Assembly (NCBI GenBank): GCA_003599505.1
Contig: QZKO01000067.1
Coordinates: 37,114 to 101,113, forward strand
DNA: 64,000 bases
Reading direction: 5' to 3'
Origin: Nitrospiraceae bacterium
Lineage (GTDB): Bacteria; Nitrospirota; Thermodesulfovibrionia; UBA6902
Below the pieces are notes generated by a model. The model worked only from the letters and a program-made list of their open reading frames with translations, searched no databases and was not told the origin of the DNA. Below are positions 1 through 8,187 of this stretch, in pieces. The first letter of the stretch is position 1. The number at the start of each line of letters is the position of its first letter. The position numbers were made by a program, and so were the translations under genes.

Positions 1-237
1 ATGCATGAGTATTTTCGCGCCTGTCCCTTTCCTGATATCGCCTGCGGCCCCGACATGATCAAAGTGGGCGTGGGTCAATATCACGGCGCTTACTTCAAGG
101 CCGTGTTCCTTTATTTCATCGAGGATCCTGTCGGGCTCGTCTCCGGGATCAATAACAATTGCCTGTTTTGTTTTCTTGTCACCCACGATATAACAGTTTT
201 CCTGAAGCGGCCCTACAACAAGCTTTTTAAGTATCAT
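1..237 (-). CDS. MBL-fold metallo-hydrolase (glyoxalase II-like), runs off the window start
   Basis: Not in ORF track; manual translation from ATG at 237 gives MILKKLVVGPLQENCYIVGD...VILTHAHFDHVGAAG with the HxHxDH motif. Confidence 0.85.
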   Translation of the reverse strand, partial: MILKKLVVGPLQENCYIVGDKKTKQAIVIDPGDEPDRILDEIKEHGLEVSAVILTHAHFDHVGAAGDIRKGTGAKILMH

Positions 238-282
238 AATAAACTCTCCCTTCAATTAAATTCGAAGCACAAAATACGGGTC

Positions 283-1854
283 TTATCCTTTCTTCTTCCG
301 CTCCCTGTACATCCTCACCAGATACTTAAGCTCCTCACTCCCAAGCAGATGCATGATTAAAAAATATACTGTCAGATAAAGCGCCGTCACTCCCGCCAGC
401 GCTCCTGCTTTTTCCGCGATCATACCGCTTTGTGTCCACATATCTCCCCTTATGATGGACCAGCCCATCAGTCCCGTGACAGCGGAAGCCGCGGATATTT
501 TCATAAAAGACCCCGCTATCTTCCTCCCGTCGATGCTGCCGAGTTTTTTCCTCAGCATGAAGAAAAGCACGCAGAAATTTACCGACGCGGCAGCGGCATT
601 GGCAAGGGCGAGGCCGCTGTGCTTCATAGGGCCCAGCAATACCAGGCTGAGCGCGATGTTTGTTATCATCGCGATGACCGCTATTTTCACGGGCGTCTTC
701 GTGTCCTGCATGGAATAAAAGCCTGCCGTTACGATCCGGACGCCGACTATGGCCCATATCCCGAAGGAATAAAAAAGCAGCGCGTCCGCGGTCCCGAGGG
801 TCGCGGCGTATTCAAACCGGCCTCTCTGAAAAAGTATATTCACTATCGGCCCTCTCAGGGCTATCAGCCTCGCCATTGCCGGAACGGTCATGAAAAAAAG
901 CATCCTCAGGGCAAAAGAAAAATCACTCCTCAGATTATCGATTTCTCCTTTTGCCGCGTGCGACGAGAGGGCCGGAAGGACCGCCATCCCCATGGCCACG
1001 CCGAATATCCCCACAGGGAACTGGATGAGCCTCATTGAATAATAAAGATATGTGATGCTTCCCTCCTGAAGGTATGACGCGAGGATGGTGCTGATAAAGA
1101 TGTTGATCTGCGTGACGGCCATTCCCATAGTCGCGGGAAGGACAAGCAGGGACATTTTTTTCAGTCCGGGATGGCTGAAGCCATATTCGGGTTTCAGAGA
1201 GTATCCGTTCCTGAAAAAAGAAGGGAGCTGAAACGCGAACTGTACAAACCCGCCGAGGGCCACCCCTATGGCAACGGCGGCAATAGGCTGTTCAATCCTG
1301 TAAGCGAGCAGGAGGACGACGGCAATTGTAACAATGTTCAGTATCGCCGGGGCGAGAGCGGGGACAAAGAATATCCGCCTCGTGTTCAGGGCCCCCATTA
1401 CAAGGGCCGCAAGACTTACAAAAAGAAGAAACGGGAACATGGTCCTCGTCAGCATGACGGTCAGGGAAAATTTTCCGGGCGTCTTGAGAAAACCGGGCGC
1501 TATCGCGGTGACTATCGCCGGCGCGAAAATGATCCCGGCGATACAGATCGCGCCGACAATGATCAGTATGGCGGTAAAAGTGGTTCTCACGAGCCTCTTC
1601 GCCTCTTCCGCTCCGTGTTTCGTCTGATATTCGGTCAGCACGGGTATAAACGCGGATGACATGGAGCCCTCGGCAAAAAGCTCCCTTAAAAGGTTCGGGA
1701 TCCTGAAGGCGACAAAAAAAGTGTCGGAAAGCCCTGTGGCTCCGAATAACACGGCCAATATCATGTCTTTCACATAGCCGAGTATCCTGCTTATGAAAGT
1801 CGCCGCCGACATCAGCCCCGCGGCCTTTGTTATGTTACGTTTTTCATCCATCAC
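283..1854 (-). CDS. murJ: Lipid II flippase MurJ (MviN)
   Basis: 523 aa multi-TM; SRILGYVKD, AFRIPNLLRELFAEGS, QFPVGIFGVA motifs. Confidence 0.95.
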   Translation of the reverse strand: MMDEKRNITKAAGLMSAATFISRILGYVKDMILAVLFGATGLSDTFFVAFRIPNLLRELFAEGSMSSAFIPVLTEYQTKHGAEEAKRLVRTTFTAILIIVGAICIAGIIFAPAIVTAIAPGFLKTPGKFSLTVMLTRTMFPFLLFVSLAALVMGALNTRRIFFVPALAPAILNIVTIAVVLLLAYRIEQPIAAVAIGVALGGFVQFAFQLPSFFRNGYSLKPEYGFSHPGLKKMSLLVLPATMGMAVTQINIFISTILASYLQEGSITYLYYSMRLIQFPVGIFGVAMGMAVLPALSSHAAKGEIDNLRSDFSFALRMLFFMTVPAMARLIALRGPIVNILFQRGRFEYAATLGTADALLFYSFGIWAIVGVRIVTAGFYSMQDTKTPVKIAVIAMITNIALSLVLLGPMKHSGLALANAAAASVNFCVLFFMLRKKLGSIDGRKIAGSFMKISAASAVTGLMGWSIIRGDMWTQSGMIAEKAGALAGVTALYLTVYFLIMHLLGSEELKYLVRMYRERKKKG

Positions 1855-1886
1855 TCGAACCCTCGAACCCTTGAATCCTCGAACCC
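1854..1886 (+). repeat. 8-bp tandem microrepeat (CCTCGAAC)n upstream of murJ
   Basis: CTCGAAC CCTCGAAC CCTTGAAT CCTCGAAC CC; related copy at 20334-20356. Confidence 0.8.
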
Positions 1887-1986
1887 AATGAAAACATGGT
1901 TGACTTTAACATATAGTTAATGTTAAAAAATATAACATTTTTCCTGAAATTAATTTCAAATATTAATATCTGAAGGAGGGCAGTCA

Positions 1987-2283
1987 ATGCCGGCAAAAGC
2001 AGCGCCCAAAAGAAGCAAATCGGTCCTCAAGAGGGCCCGGCAGTCCAAAGTAAAAACTCTCGTAAATAAATCCGAAAAGAGCATGCTGAAGACCCTTTCA
2101 AAGAACGTTGAGCAGGACGTGGCGAACAAGAATGCCGGGGCCGCGCAGACCGCGCTTAAAAAGGCTGTTTCCGCTATCGACAAAGCCGCAAAGAAAGGGA
2201 TAATACACAGGAATACGGCGTCAAGAAAGATCTCCCGGCTCACAAAGCTCGTCAATTCCATGACTTCTTCTGAAGCAGCTTAA
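1987..2283 (+). CDS. rpsT: 30S ribosomal protein S20
   Basis: Basic 98 aa; IDKAAKKGIIHRNTASRKISRL signature; GGAGG RBS. Confidence 0.97.
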   Translation: MPAKAAPKRSKSVLKRARQSKVKTLVNKSEKSMLKTLSKNVEQDVANKNAGAAQTALKKAVSAIDKAAKKGIIHRNTASRKISRLTKLVNSMTSSEAA

Positions 2284-3205
2284 TAAGCAGCGTCTCGAGC
2301 ACAAGCTCCGGTCTTCCGGACTTCTTCATTCCCAGGTCCGCTTCATGCAGGTTCCGGAAAATACGGAAGAAATCCTCTTCCTTAAATGAGGGCAGGTATT
2401 TTCCCAATGCTTTGAATGTCGACTCCTTCATTTTCGCGGGCCGTTTGCCCTTATTTAACCACAGCGAATAGAACTGTTTGTAATGCCAGTTCAAGGTCCC
2501 GAGTATGACGGGAAGCTCATAACTGCCGCTGTTTGAAATTAAATTCTTCAGAATCCTGAAGGCCCTGGAGCTCTTTCCCGCTGTAAGCGAGTCTACAAGC
2601 TCAAAGGTCGTAAACTCCCTCATCATGCTGACCGAGGAAACGACATCCCTGCCGCTGACAGCGCCGCGCCCCAGAGACGTCAGTTTCTCAAGTTCCATCA
2701 TCAGCAGCCCGGGCTCATATCCTAAATACTCTATCAATGAATCGACCGCGTCGTTTGTTAAACGTATCCCCTTTCCGGCCGCAGCCTGTTTCAGCCATGC
2801 CGGTATGTCGCTGTCCCTTATGTTGAGAGAATAAACTTTCCGCAGGTCCATGGAGGACGCGGGGGCTTTTTGAGAAAGCACCACCATGCAGGTCGTTTCC
2901 GCGGGCCCCTTAAAATATGGGAGCAACGCCTTGACAGCCTGCGCCGGGAACGCGTGAAAATCCTTTACTGCTACCAGCCGTCTTGAAGACATGAACGGGA
3001 GGGTTGAAGCGGCGTTTATAATCTCCTGCGGCGTCGCGGAGGGATAAAAAACGTCATAATTGAATTCCACCGGGGCCCCGGCAATGACGGTCCCGATAAT
3101 CTTCGAAAGCGCGTTTTCAAGAAAACAGCCTTCTTCGCTCCAGAGAAAATACAGGGGGGCCGGAAGACCGTTCTTGATTTCCCCGAGAAGCGCCTTATTT
3201 AGCAT
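2252..3205 (-). CDS. holA: DNA polymerase III delta subunit
   Basis: TLPFMSSRRLV, LMMELEKL motifs; position after leuS-lptE; likely start ATG 3205 rather than 3292. Confidence 0.85.
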   Translation of the reverse strand: MLNKALLGEIKNGLPAPLYFLWSEEGCFLENALSKIIGTVIAGAPVEFNYDVFYPSATPQEIINAASTLPFMSSRRLVAVKDFHAFPAQAVKALLPYFKGPAETTCMVVLSQKAPASSMDLRKVYSLNIRDSDIPAWLKQAAAGKGIRLTNDAVDSLIEYLGYEPGLLMMELEKLTSLGRGAVSGRDVVSSVSMMREFTTFELVDSLTAGKSSRAFRILKNLISNSGSYELPVILGTLNWHYKQFYSLWLNKGKRPAKMKESTFKALGKYLPSFKEEDFFRIFRNLHEADLGMKKSGRPELVLETLLIKLLQKKSWN

Positions 3206-3749
3206 AGGCAAGTATGGTCCGGGCCACCAGCTCTTTCGCGATCTCGCTGCACGCCTTTTCCACGGCCCTTTCCTTGAGAGCGGCGCTTTCACTCACGGTC
3301 CCGGTGGATTGAAAAGTTATCTTTATGGGAGAAGCCATAGACCTGAACTCGGTGACCTTCTCCCTGTCCGTCAGCTTAATGTCGACCTGCAAAATAACAG
3401 ACTGCTCCTTTATCCTGTCATCAACCGCTCCTATGGCCCCAAGCTGGAAAGTGGTGACCGTGGCCTCGAGCTCGACGTCTCCTCCCGCTGCCCTGACCTC
3501 GATTCCCTGATTGATAAACTCTTCTGAAAGGGCGTTGTGCATCTTCTCTTCAAGCCGGGGCTCATAAGTTTTATTCTGGACCTGCTTAATCGTAATGGAA
3601 TGAAACGACAGGGGTATCGAGCCGATCATGTGATAACCGCAGGAGGAGGCAATAAGCAGTAAGCAGTAAGCGGTAAGCAGCAGTAGGGGCAATTCATGAA
3701 TTGCCCTTACGCCTTTTCCGGATTCCTGCTTTTGGACCTTGAATTTCAT
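3195..3749 (-). CDS. lptE: LPS assembly lipoprotein LptE
   Basis: Lipobox SSCGY, leuS-lptE-holA synteny; N-terminus partly encoded by REP and heptamer repeats. Confidence 0.8.
   Translation of the reverse strand: MKFKVQKQESGKGVRAIHELPLLLLTAYCLLLIASSCGYHMIGSIPLSFHSITIKQVQNKTYEPRLEEKMHNALSEEFINQGIEVRAAGGDVELEATVTTFQLGAIGAVDDRIKEQSVILQVDIKLTDREKVTEFRSMASPIKITFQSTGTVSESAALKERAVEKACSEIAKELVARTILAYAK
3653..3710 (+). repeat. (TAAGCAG)4 heptamer run plus REP-like palindrome inside lptE
   Basis: TAAGCAG TAAGCAG TAAGCGG TAAGCAG (3653-3680); GTAGGGGCAATTCATGAATTGCCCTTAC (3683-3710), 28-bp palindrome with one mismatch. Confidence 0.9.
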
Positions 3750-6226
3750 ATTACTATATTCACAAGCCTGCCTTGAACAACCACGACCTTCTTCAACGTC
3801 TTGCCGTCAAGGTGTTCCCTCACCTTTGGTTCGGAAAAGGCCTTTTCTTTTACCGCTTCGTCGTCAAGCCCGGCAGGGATCATGACCCTTCCTCTGACCT
3901 TCCCGTTTATCTGGACCACAAGCTCGGTTTCTTCTTCTTTCGCGATCTCCTCATCCCATGAAGGCCAGGGCTGTTTCAGCAGGCCTTCTTTCCCCCCGGT
4001 CTGCCGCCAGAGCTCTTCCGCGACATGCGGGGCAAAAGGAGAAAGGAGAACAATCGCCTGTCTCATACTCAGGCCCAGGACTTCGAAATCCTTTTCCCCT
4101 GACGGATTAAACGACGATATCTCATTGATCAGTTCCATCAGCGCCGCAATAGCGGTATTGAAATGGTAGTCCTTTTCAATGCTGCCGGTGACTTTTTTTA
4201 TCGTCTGGTGCGTCTTCCTTAAAAGGCTGATGGCTGAAGGCTGAAGGCTGAAAATTTCCTCAATTTTGAATTTTGAATCTTGAATTTTGAATTTGTTGTT
4301 ATACACAAGTCCCCATACCCTGTTCAAAAACCTGTACGCGCCTTCCACCCCCTGGTCCGACCATTCGAGGTCCCTCTCCGGGGGCGCGGCGAACATGCAG
4401 AATACCCTCACCGTGTCAGTGCCGTATTTATTAATGAGGAAATCCGGGTCCACTACATTGCCCTTTGACTTGGACATCTTGGCGCCGTCCTTGATTACCA
4501 TCCCCTGTGTGAGCAGGCTTGTGAAGGGTTCATCTGTTTCTATGAGACCGATGTCCCTGATGACTTTCGTAAAAAAGCGTGAGTACAGCAGATGGAGAAC
4601 GGCATGCTCAATCCCCCCGATATACTGGTCGACCGGCATCCAGTATCGCAGGGGCGATTCATGAATCGCCCCTGCTGACCGCTGACCGCTGATCGCTGAA
4701 TTCAAATCAACCTTTGCGTTCCCGCCGAGACAATAAGCTATGAAATACCATGAAGAGTCCACAAAGGTATCCATGGTGTCTGTTTCCCTTCTCGCGTCTT
4801 TTCCGCAGCGGGGACATTTTGTATCAACAAAACTTTTTACTTCAAGCAATGGAGAAACTCCCTTGCCCGTGAAAACGACATCCTGGGGCAGTATGACCGG
4901 AAGCTCGTTTTCCGGGACCGGCATGATGCCGCAGGAATCACAATAGACTACCGGTATCGGGGTCCCCCAGTATCTCTGGCGCGAGATGCCCCAGTCTCTC
5001 AGCTTGTAATTGACAACCCTCTTGCCCAACTCTTTTTGTTCAATGTAATCTGCGATCTTTTCTCTGGCTTCTCTGGAAGGCAGACCGGAGAATTGAGATG
5101 AATCAACAAGGATGCCGTCTTCTTCAAAGGCCCCCTCCCTTGACCCCTCGCCCCTTGCCCCTTGCCACTTTTCTATAACTACCTTCACAGGCAAATCATA
5201 TTTCTTCGCAAATTCAAAATCCCTCTGGTCATGCGCTGGCACGGCCATGACCGCGCCTGTTCCATATTCCATGAGGACAAAATTTGCAACCCATATGGGG
5301 ATATGGTCCCCGGTCAGGGGATTTTCAGCGTAATGACCGGTAAACACCCCTTCCTTTTGCTCCGGGTCTTCAGAAAGAGATGCTATCTCCCTTCTTGTAT
5401 TCTCATCCTTCACCAGTCCTTCAACAAGAGGATGCATCTTCGCCACGCTCATAAACGTCGCTCCATAGAGCGTATCCTGTCTTGTGGTAAAAATCCTTAC
5501 AGTCCTGTCAGTGCCGACGATTTTAAAATCAACTTCCACTCCTTCGCTGCGCCCTATCCAGTTCCGCTGCATGGTGACGACCTTTTCCGGCCAGCCGCCC
5601 AGTTTATCAGCGTCTCTCAGGAGCTCTTCAGCATAGCCGGTGATTTTAAAGAACCACTGTTCAAGCTCCTTCTGAATGACTGTGTTGTCGCAGCGCCAGC
5701 ACTTTTCGTCTATAACCTGCTCATTGGCAAGGACGGTTTCACAGGAAGGACACCAGTTGACAAAAGAGGCCTTCTTATAAGCGAGACCGCGTTCAAGCAT
5801 TTTCAGAAAGAACCACTGGTTCCACCTGTAATATTCAGGTTTGCATGTCGTTACTTCCCGCGCCCAGTCATAGCTCAAGCCCATCTTTTTCAACTGGCCC
5901 TTCATGTAGTCGATATTTTCAAACGTCCATTTCGCGGGAAGCACGCCGTGCTTTATAGCTGCGTTTTCAGCCGGAAGCCCGAAAGCGTCCCAACCCATCG
6001 GATGCAATACATTGAAGCCGCGCATCTTCTTGTATCTGGCAATGACATCTCCGATAACATAGTTCCGCACATGCCCCATATGTATCCTGCCGGAAGGATA
6101 AGGGAACATCTCGAGGCAGTAGAATTTCGGCAGACTGTGGTCTTCCCTTACAGAAAACAGTCCCTCTTTTTCCCAGTGCTCCTGCCACTTCTTTTCTATC
6201 TCTTTCGGATTATATTTCTCTTCCAA
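3746..6226 (-). CDS. leuS: Leucine--tRNA ligase
   Basis: HMGH and KMSKS motifs, CP1 editing domain; TTG start at 6226 preceded by GGAGG. Confidence 0.98.
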   Translation of the reverse strand: MEEKYNPKEIEKKWQEHWEKEGLFSVREDHSLPKFYCLEMFPYPSGRIHMGHVRNYVIGDVIARYKKMRGFNVLHPMGWDAFGLPAENAAIKHGVLPAKWTFENIDYMKGQLKKMGLSYDWAREVTTCKPEYYRWNQWFFLKMLERGLAYKKASFVNWCPSCETVLANEQVIDEKCWRCDNTVIQKELEQWFFKITGYAEELLRDADKLGGWPEKVVTMQRNWIGRSEGVEVDFKIVGTDRTVRIFTTRQDTLYGATFMSVAKMHPLVEGLVKDENTRREIASLSEDPEQKEGVFTGHYAENPLTGDHIPIWVANFVLMEYGTGAVMAVPAHDQRDFEFAKKYDLPVKVVIEKWQGARGEGSREGAFEEDGILVDSSQFSGLPSREAREKIADYIEQKELGKRVVNYKLRDWGISRQRYWGTPIPVVYCDSCGIMPVPENELPVILPQDVVFTGKGVSPLLEVKSFVDTKCPRCGKDARRETDTMDTFVDSSWYFIAYCLGGNAKVDLNSAISGQRSAGAIHESPLRYWMPVDQYIGGIEHAVLHLLYSRFFTKVIRDIGLIETDEPFTSLLTQGMVIKDGAKMSKSKGNVVDPDFLINKYGTDTVRVFCMFAAPPERDLEWSDQGVEGAYRFLNRVWGLVYNNKFKIQDSKFKIEEIFSLQPSAISLLRKTHQTIKKVTGSIEKDYHFNTAIAALMELINEISSFNPSGEKDFEVLGLSMRQAIVLLSPFAPHVAEELWRQTGGKEGLLKQPWPSWDEEIAKEEETELVVQINGKVRGRVMIPAGLDDEAVKEKAFSEPKVREHLDGKTLKKVVVVQGRLVNIVI
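4225..4294 (+). repeat. Two heptamer runs inside leuS: (GGCTGAA)4 and (TTTTGAA)4
   Basis: 4225-4252 and 4264-4294; encode [25 protein letters not shown]. Confidence 0.9.
4648..4701 (+). repeat. REP-like palindrome plus (GCTGACC)4 heptamer run inside leuS
   Basis: GCAGGGGCGATTCATGAATCGCCCCTGC perfect 28-bp palindrome (4648-4675), then GCTGACC GCTGACC GCTGATC GCTGAAT. Confidence 0.92.
5137..5166 (+). repeat. (CCCCTTG)4 heptamer run inside leuS
   Basis: CCCTTGA CCCCTCG CCCCTTG CCCCTTG; encodes [10 protein letters not shown]. Confidence 0.85.
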
Positions 6227-6292
6227 ACACTGCCTCCTGCATCTCCCCATTCATTCAGATTGGTTTGTATTTTACCATACGGTATTTTTTTC

Positions 6293-6323
6293 TTGACAAC
6301 CATAGCACAGGTTATGGTATAAA
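6293..6323 (+). promoter_or_regulatory. Sigma70-type promoter, divergent from leuS
   Basis: TTGACA (6293-6298) and TG-n-TATAAA (6315-6323); 19-bp spacer is long. Confidence 0.55.
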
Positions 6324-6325
6324 TG

Positions 6326-6481
6326 TTCAGCGTGGCACAATAACAGTCCGGCTGTTTGCAGTTGAGAAAAGGGGCATGGTGAATATCTTCAGGCGTCAAT
6401 TCCGCACAGACAGCTTTAACATTTTATCTGAAAATTGCATATAAGCAAGAGGGCGAGTCCTGAAACTCGCCCTCTTTTTTT
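6326..6481 (+). ncRNA. Candidate structured small RNA or leader
   Basis: Between promoter and terminator; pairings TTCAG/CTGAA, GCTGTTTG/CAGACAGC, AGTTGA/TCAATT; family not identified. Confidence 0.35.
6447..6481 (+). terminator. Intrinsic terminator
   Basis: 12-bp stem AAGAGGGCGAGT / ACTCGCCCTCTT, 6-nt loop, T tract. Confidence 0.85.
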
Positions 6482-6517
6482 ATATTAAAGATAAATAATT
6501 CCATTCATGGAGGGGAC

Positions 6518-6979
6518 ATGGCAGGAAAAAAATATCTTATCTGTTTTTTTGCATTTATACTCACCCTTACCGGAACATCTTACGCGGGCAATGTAACCGT
6601 ATTCGGCCCGGCGCAATACACGACGACACAGGGTGGGTCCGACGTATTTACGGACACATTTTCTGCTGTAGCCGGTGAAGCTTTTCTTGTCGTACGGAAC
6701 GGGGACATGACCGGGACCGGGAGAACAAACAACGCGGCAAGCAGCGCACGGGTCTATATAAACGGAGCTGAAATTTTTTCTCCCGATGATTTCAGCCGGA
6801 ATAATCTATTGAAATCATCCATTAATGTCAGAGGCCGCAACACAGTATCAGTAGAGCTGAACGGCGGTGAAGGCCGGTATCTGACCATAGAGATAACCCA
6901 GCAGGTCCCCATGTATCTGCAAGAAGACCGGCAAAAGAAGCGCGAAAATACTGTTTGTTGCGATTTCGAATACAGATAA
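6518..6979 (+). CDS. Secreted hypothetical protein (beta-rich)
   Basis: GGAGG RBS, signal peptide ending SYA; C-terminus looks low-quality, possibly truncated. Confidence 0.6.
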   Translation: MAGKKYLICFFAFILTLTGTSYAGNVTVFGPAQYTTTQGGSDVFTDTFSAVAGEAFLVVRNGDMTGTGRTNNAASSARVYINGAEIFSPDDFSRNNLLKSSINVRGRNTVSVELNGGEGRYLTIEITQQVPMYLQEDRQKKRENTVCCDFEYR

Positions 6980-7021
6980 GCAAGCGCCCTTATACGGGCG
7001 CTTCCATGATCGTTTGTCCCT

Positions 7022-8029
7022 ATGAAATTTACCTTGAAACTATTATCAATAGTATTAACAAATCTTCTTCTTTTTCTGCTGGTTATTGCCATGACAGAAG
7101 GAATTTTCCGGATAGCCGGTATTCCATATAGTAAAGTTAAATATATCCCCGACGAAAATTCCTTTGCCCGTTTTGACCAGGAACTGGGATGGTCCTATAT
7201 CCCCAATAAATCATCGATACATAATACAGAACATATAGCAAAACCTGTATATTTCGAGGAAAACGGGTTTCGGGCGCCTTATCCGGGTTTTGAATTTGAC
7301 TATTCAAAACCGTCAATATTGTTTATTGGAGATTCCTTTACCATGGGGCATGGTTTGACATACGAAGAAAGTTTTGTAGGCAAATTCAGCGCTACTATTA
7401 AAGGGACGCCGTTTCAGGCAGTTAATTTGGGAGTGCAAGGTTATGGATCAGATCAGGCGCTGCTTGCCCTGAAGAGACATTTGCACAAGTTCAATACGAA
7501 AGCTGTTGTGTACACTTATATCGAAGATCATCTATTAAGAAACGGCAATTATGATCGCGCCATGCTGGTGCCTACGGCCGAGTTTTTGGGAACCAAACCT
7601 CAATTTGCGCTGACCGTCGGCAAAAAACTTTATCTTTCAAAAAAGCCGCTGCTATATAAGGATTATTTTCGCTCATATTTAATTGATTTCCTGAAAATGA
7701 GGGTTGGTAAGCTGACAGGCTCTTTTCCTCCCCATCCTGCGGACTTAACCAGGGCAATCATTTATGAGATGAAGAAATTCAGTATTGAACACGATGCTGA
7801 TTTCGTTGTTCTTAACTGGAGACAAGTTCATAATAATTATGATGACTTGTGCCGTGATCTGGTGAATGTCGATGTCATCGATACACTTGAGGGAGCTCCT
7901 GACGGCTGGAAGGAAATGGTACTTTATGGGGGCATTCACCCAAATGCAGAGGCAGGTGATCATGCGGCCCGGTTATTATTTAATTATTTCAGAGCAAAAG
8001 ACCTTATCCGGGAAGATTCGGCAAGGTGA
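7022..8029 (+). CDS. SGNH/GDSL hydrolase family protein
   Basis: FIGDSFTMG, NLGVQGYG, GIHPNAE blocks; N-terminal TM. Confidence 0.75.
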   Translation: MKFTLKLLSIVLTNLLLFLLVIAMTEGIFRIAGIPYSKVKYIPDENSFARFDQELGWSYIPNKSSIHNTEHIAKPVYFEENGFRAPYPGFEFDYSKPSILFIGDSFTMGHGLTYEESFVGKFSATIKGTPFQAVNLGVQGYGSDQALLALKRHLHKFNTKAVVYTYIEDHLLRNGNYDRAMLVPTAEFLGTKPQFALTVGKKLYLSKKPLLYKDYFRSYLIDFLKMRVGKLTGSFPPHPADLTRAIIYEMKKFSIEHDADFVVLNWRQVHNNYDDLCRDLVNVDVIDTLEGAPDGWKEMVLYGGIHPNAEAGDHAARLLFNYFRAKDLIREDSAR

Positions 8030-8187
8030 AATATCGCGCAATTTCGCCTCACGGCGGCTCATTTATACTTAATAAATGTTATAGTTTCCACAACTAACCA
8101 TCCAAAATTACCTAATAATAACCATTGGATTTTAAATCTGATTAAGTGCTATACTACCACTTAATTTTTTTCCTCAAGGAGACATTT

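Noticed and set aside
1-360. 119-aa plus-strand ORF in the track
   Set aside because: Antisense shadow of the minus-strand MBL hydrolase, which has clear motifs
5162-6322. 386-aa plus-strand ORF
   Set aside because: Lies antisense to leuS, no recognisable motifs; codon-mirror artefact. Same for 430-1038, 11337-12164, 29438-30157, 39694-40542 and similar
6326-6446. Assignment as 6S RNA, SRP RNA or a named riboswitch
   Set aside because: Too short for typical 6S and lacks the conserved motifs I could check by eye; kept only as an unnamed candidate
6982-7003. Hairpin AAGCGCCC-TTATAC-GGGCGCTT as terminator
   Set aside because: No U tract on either strand; function unsupported
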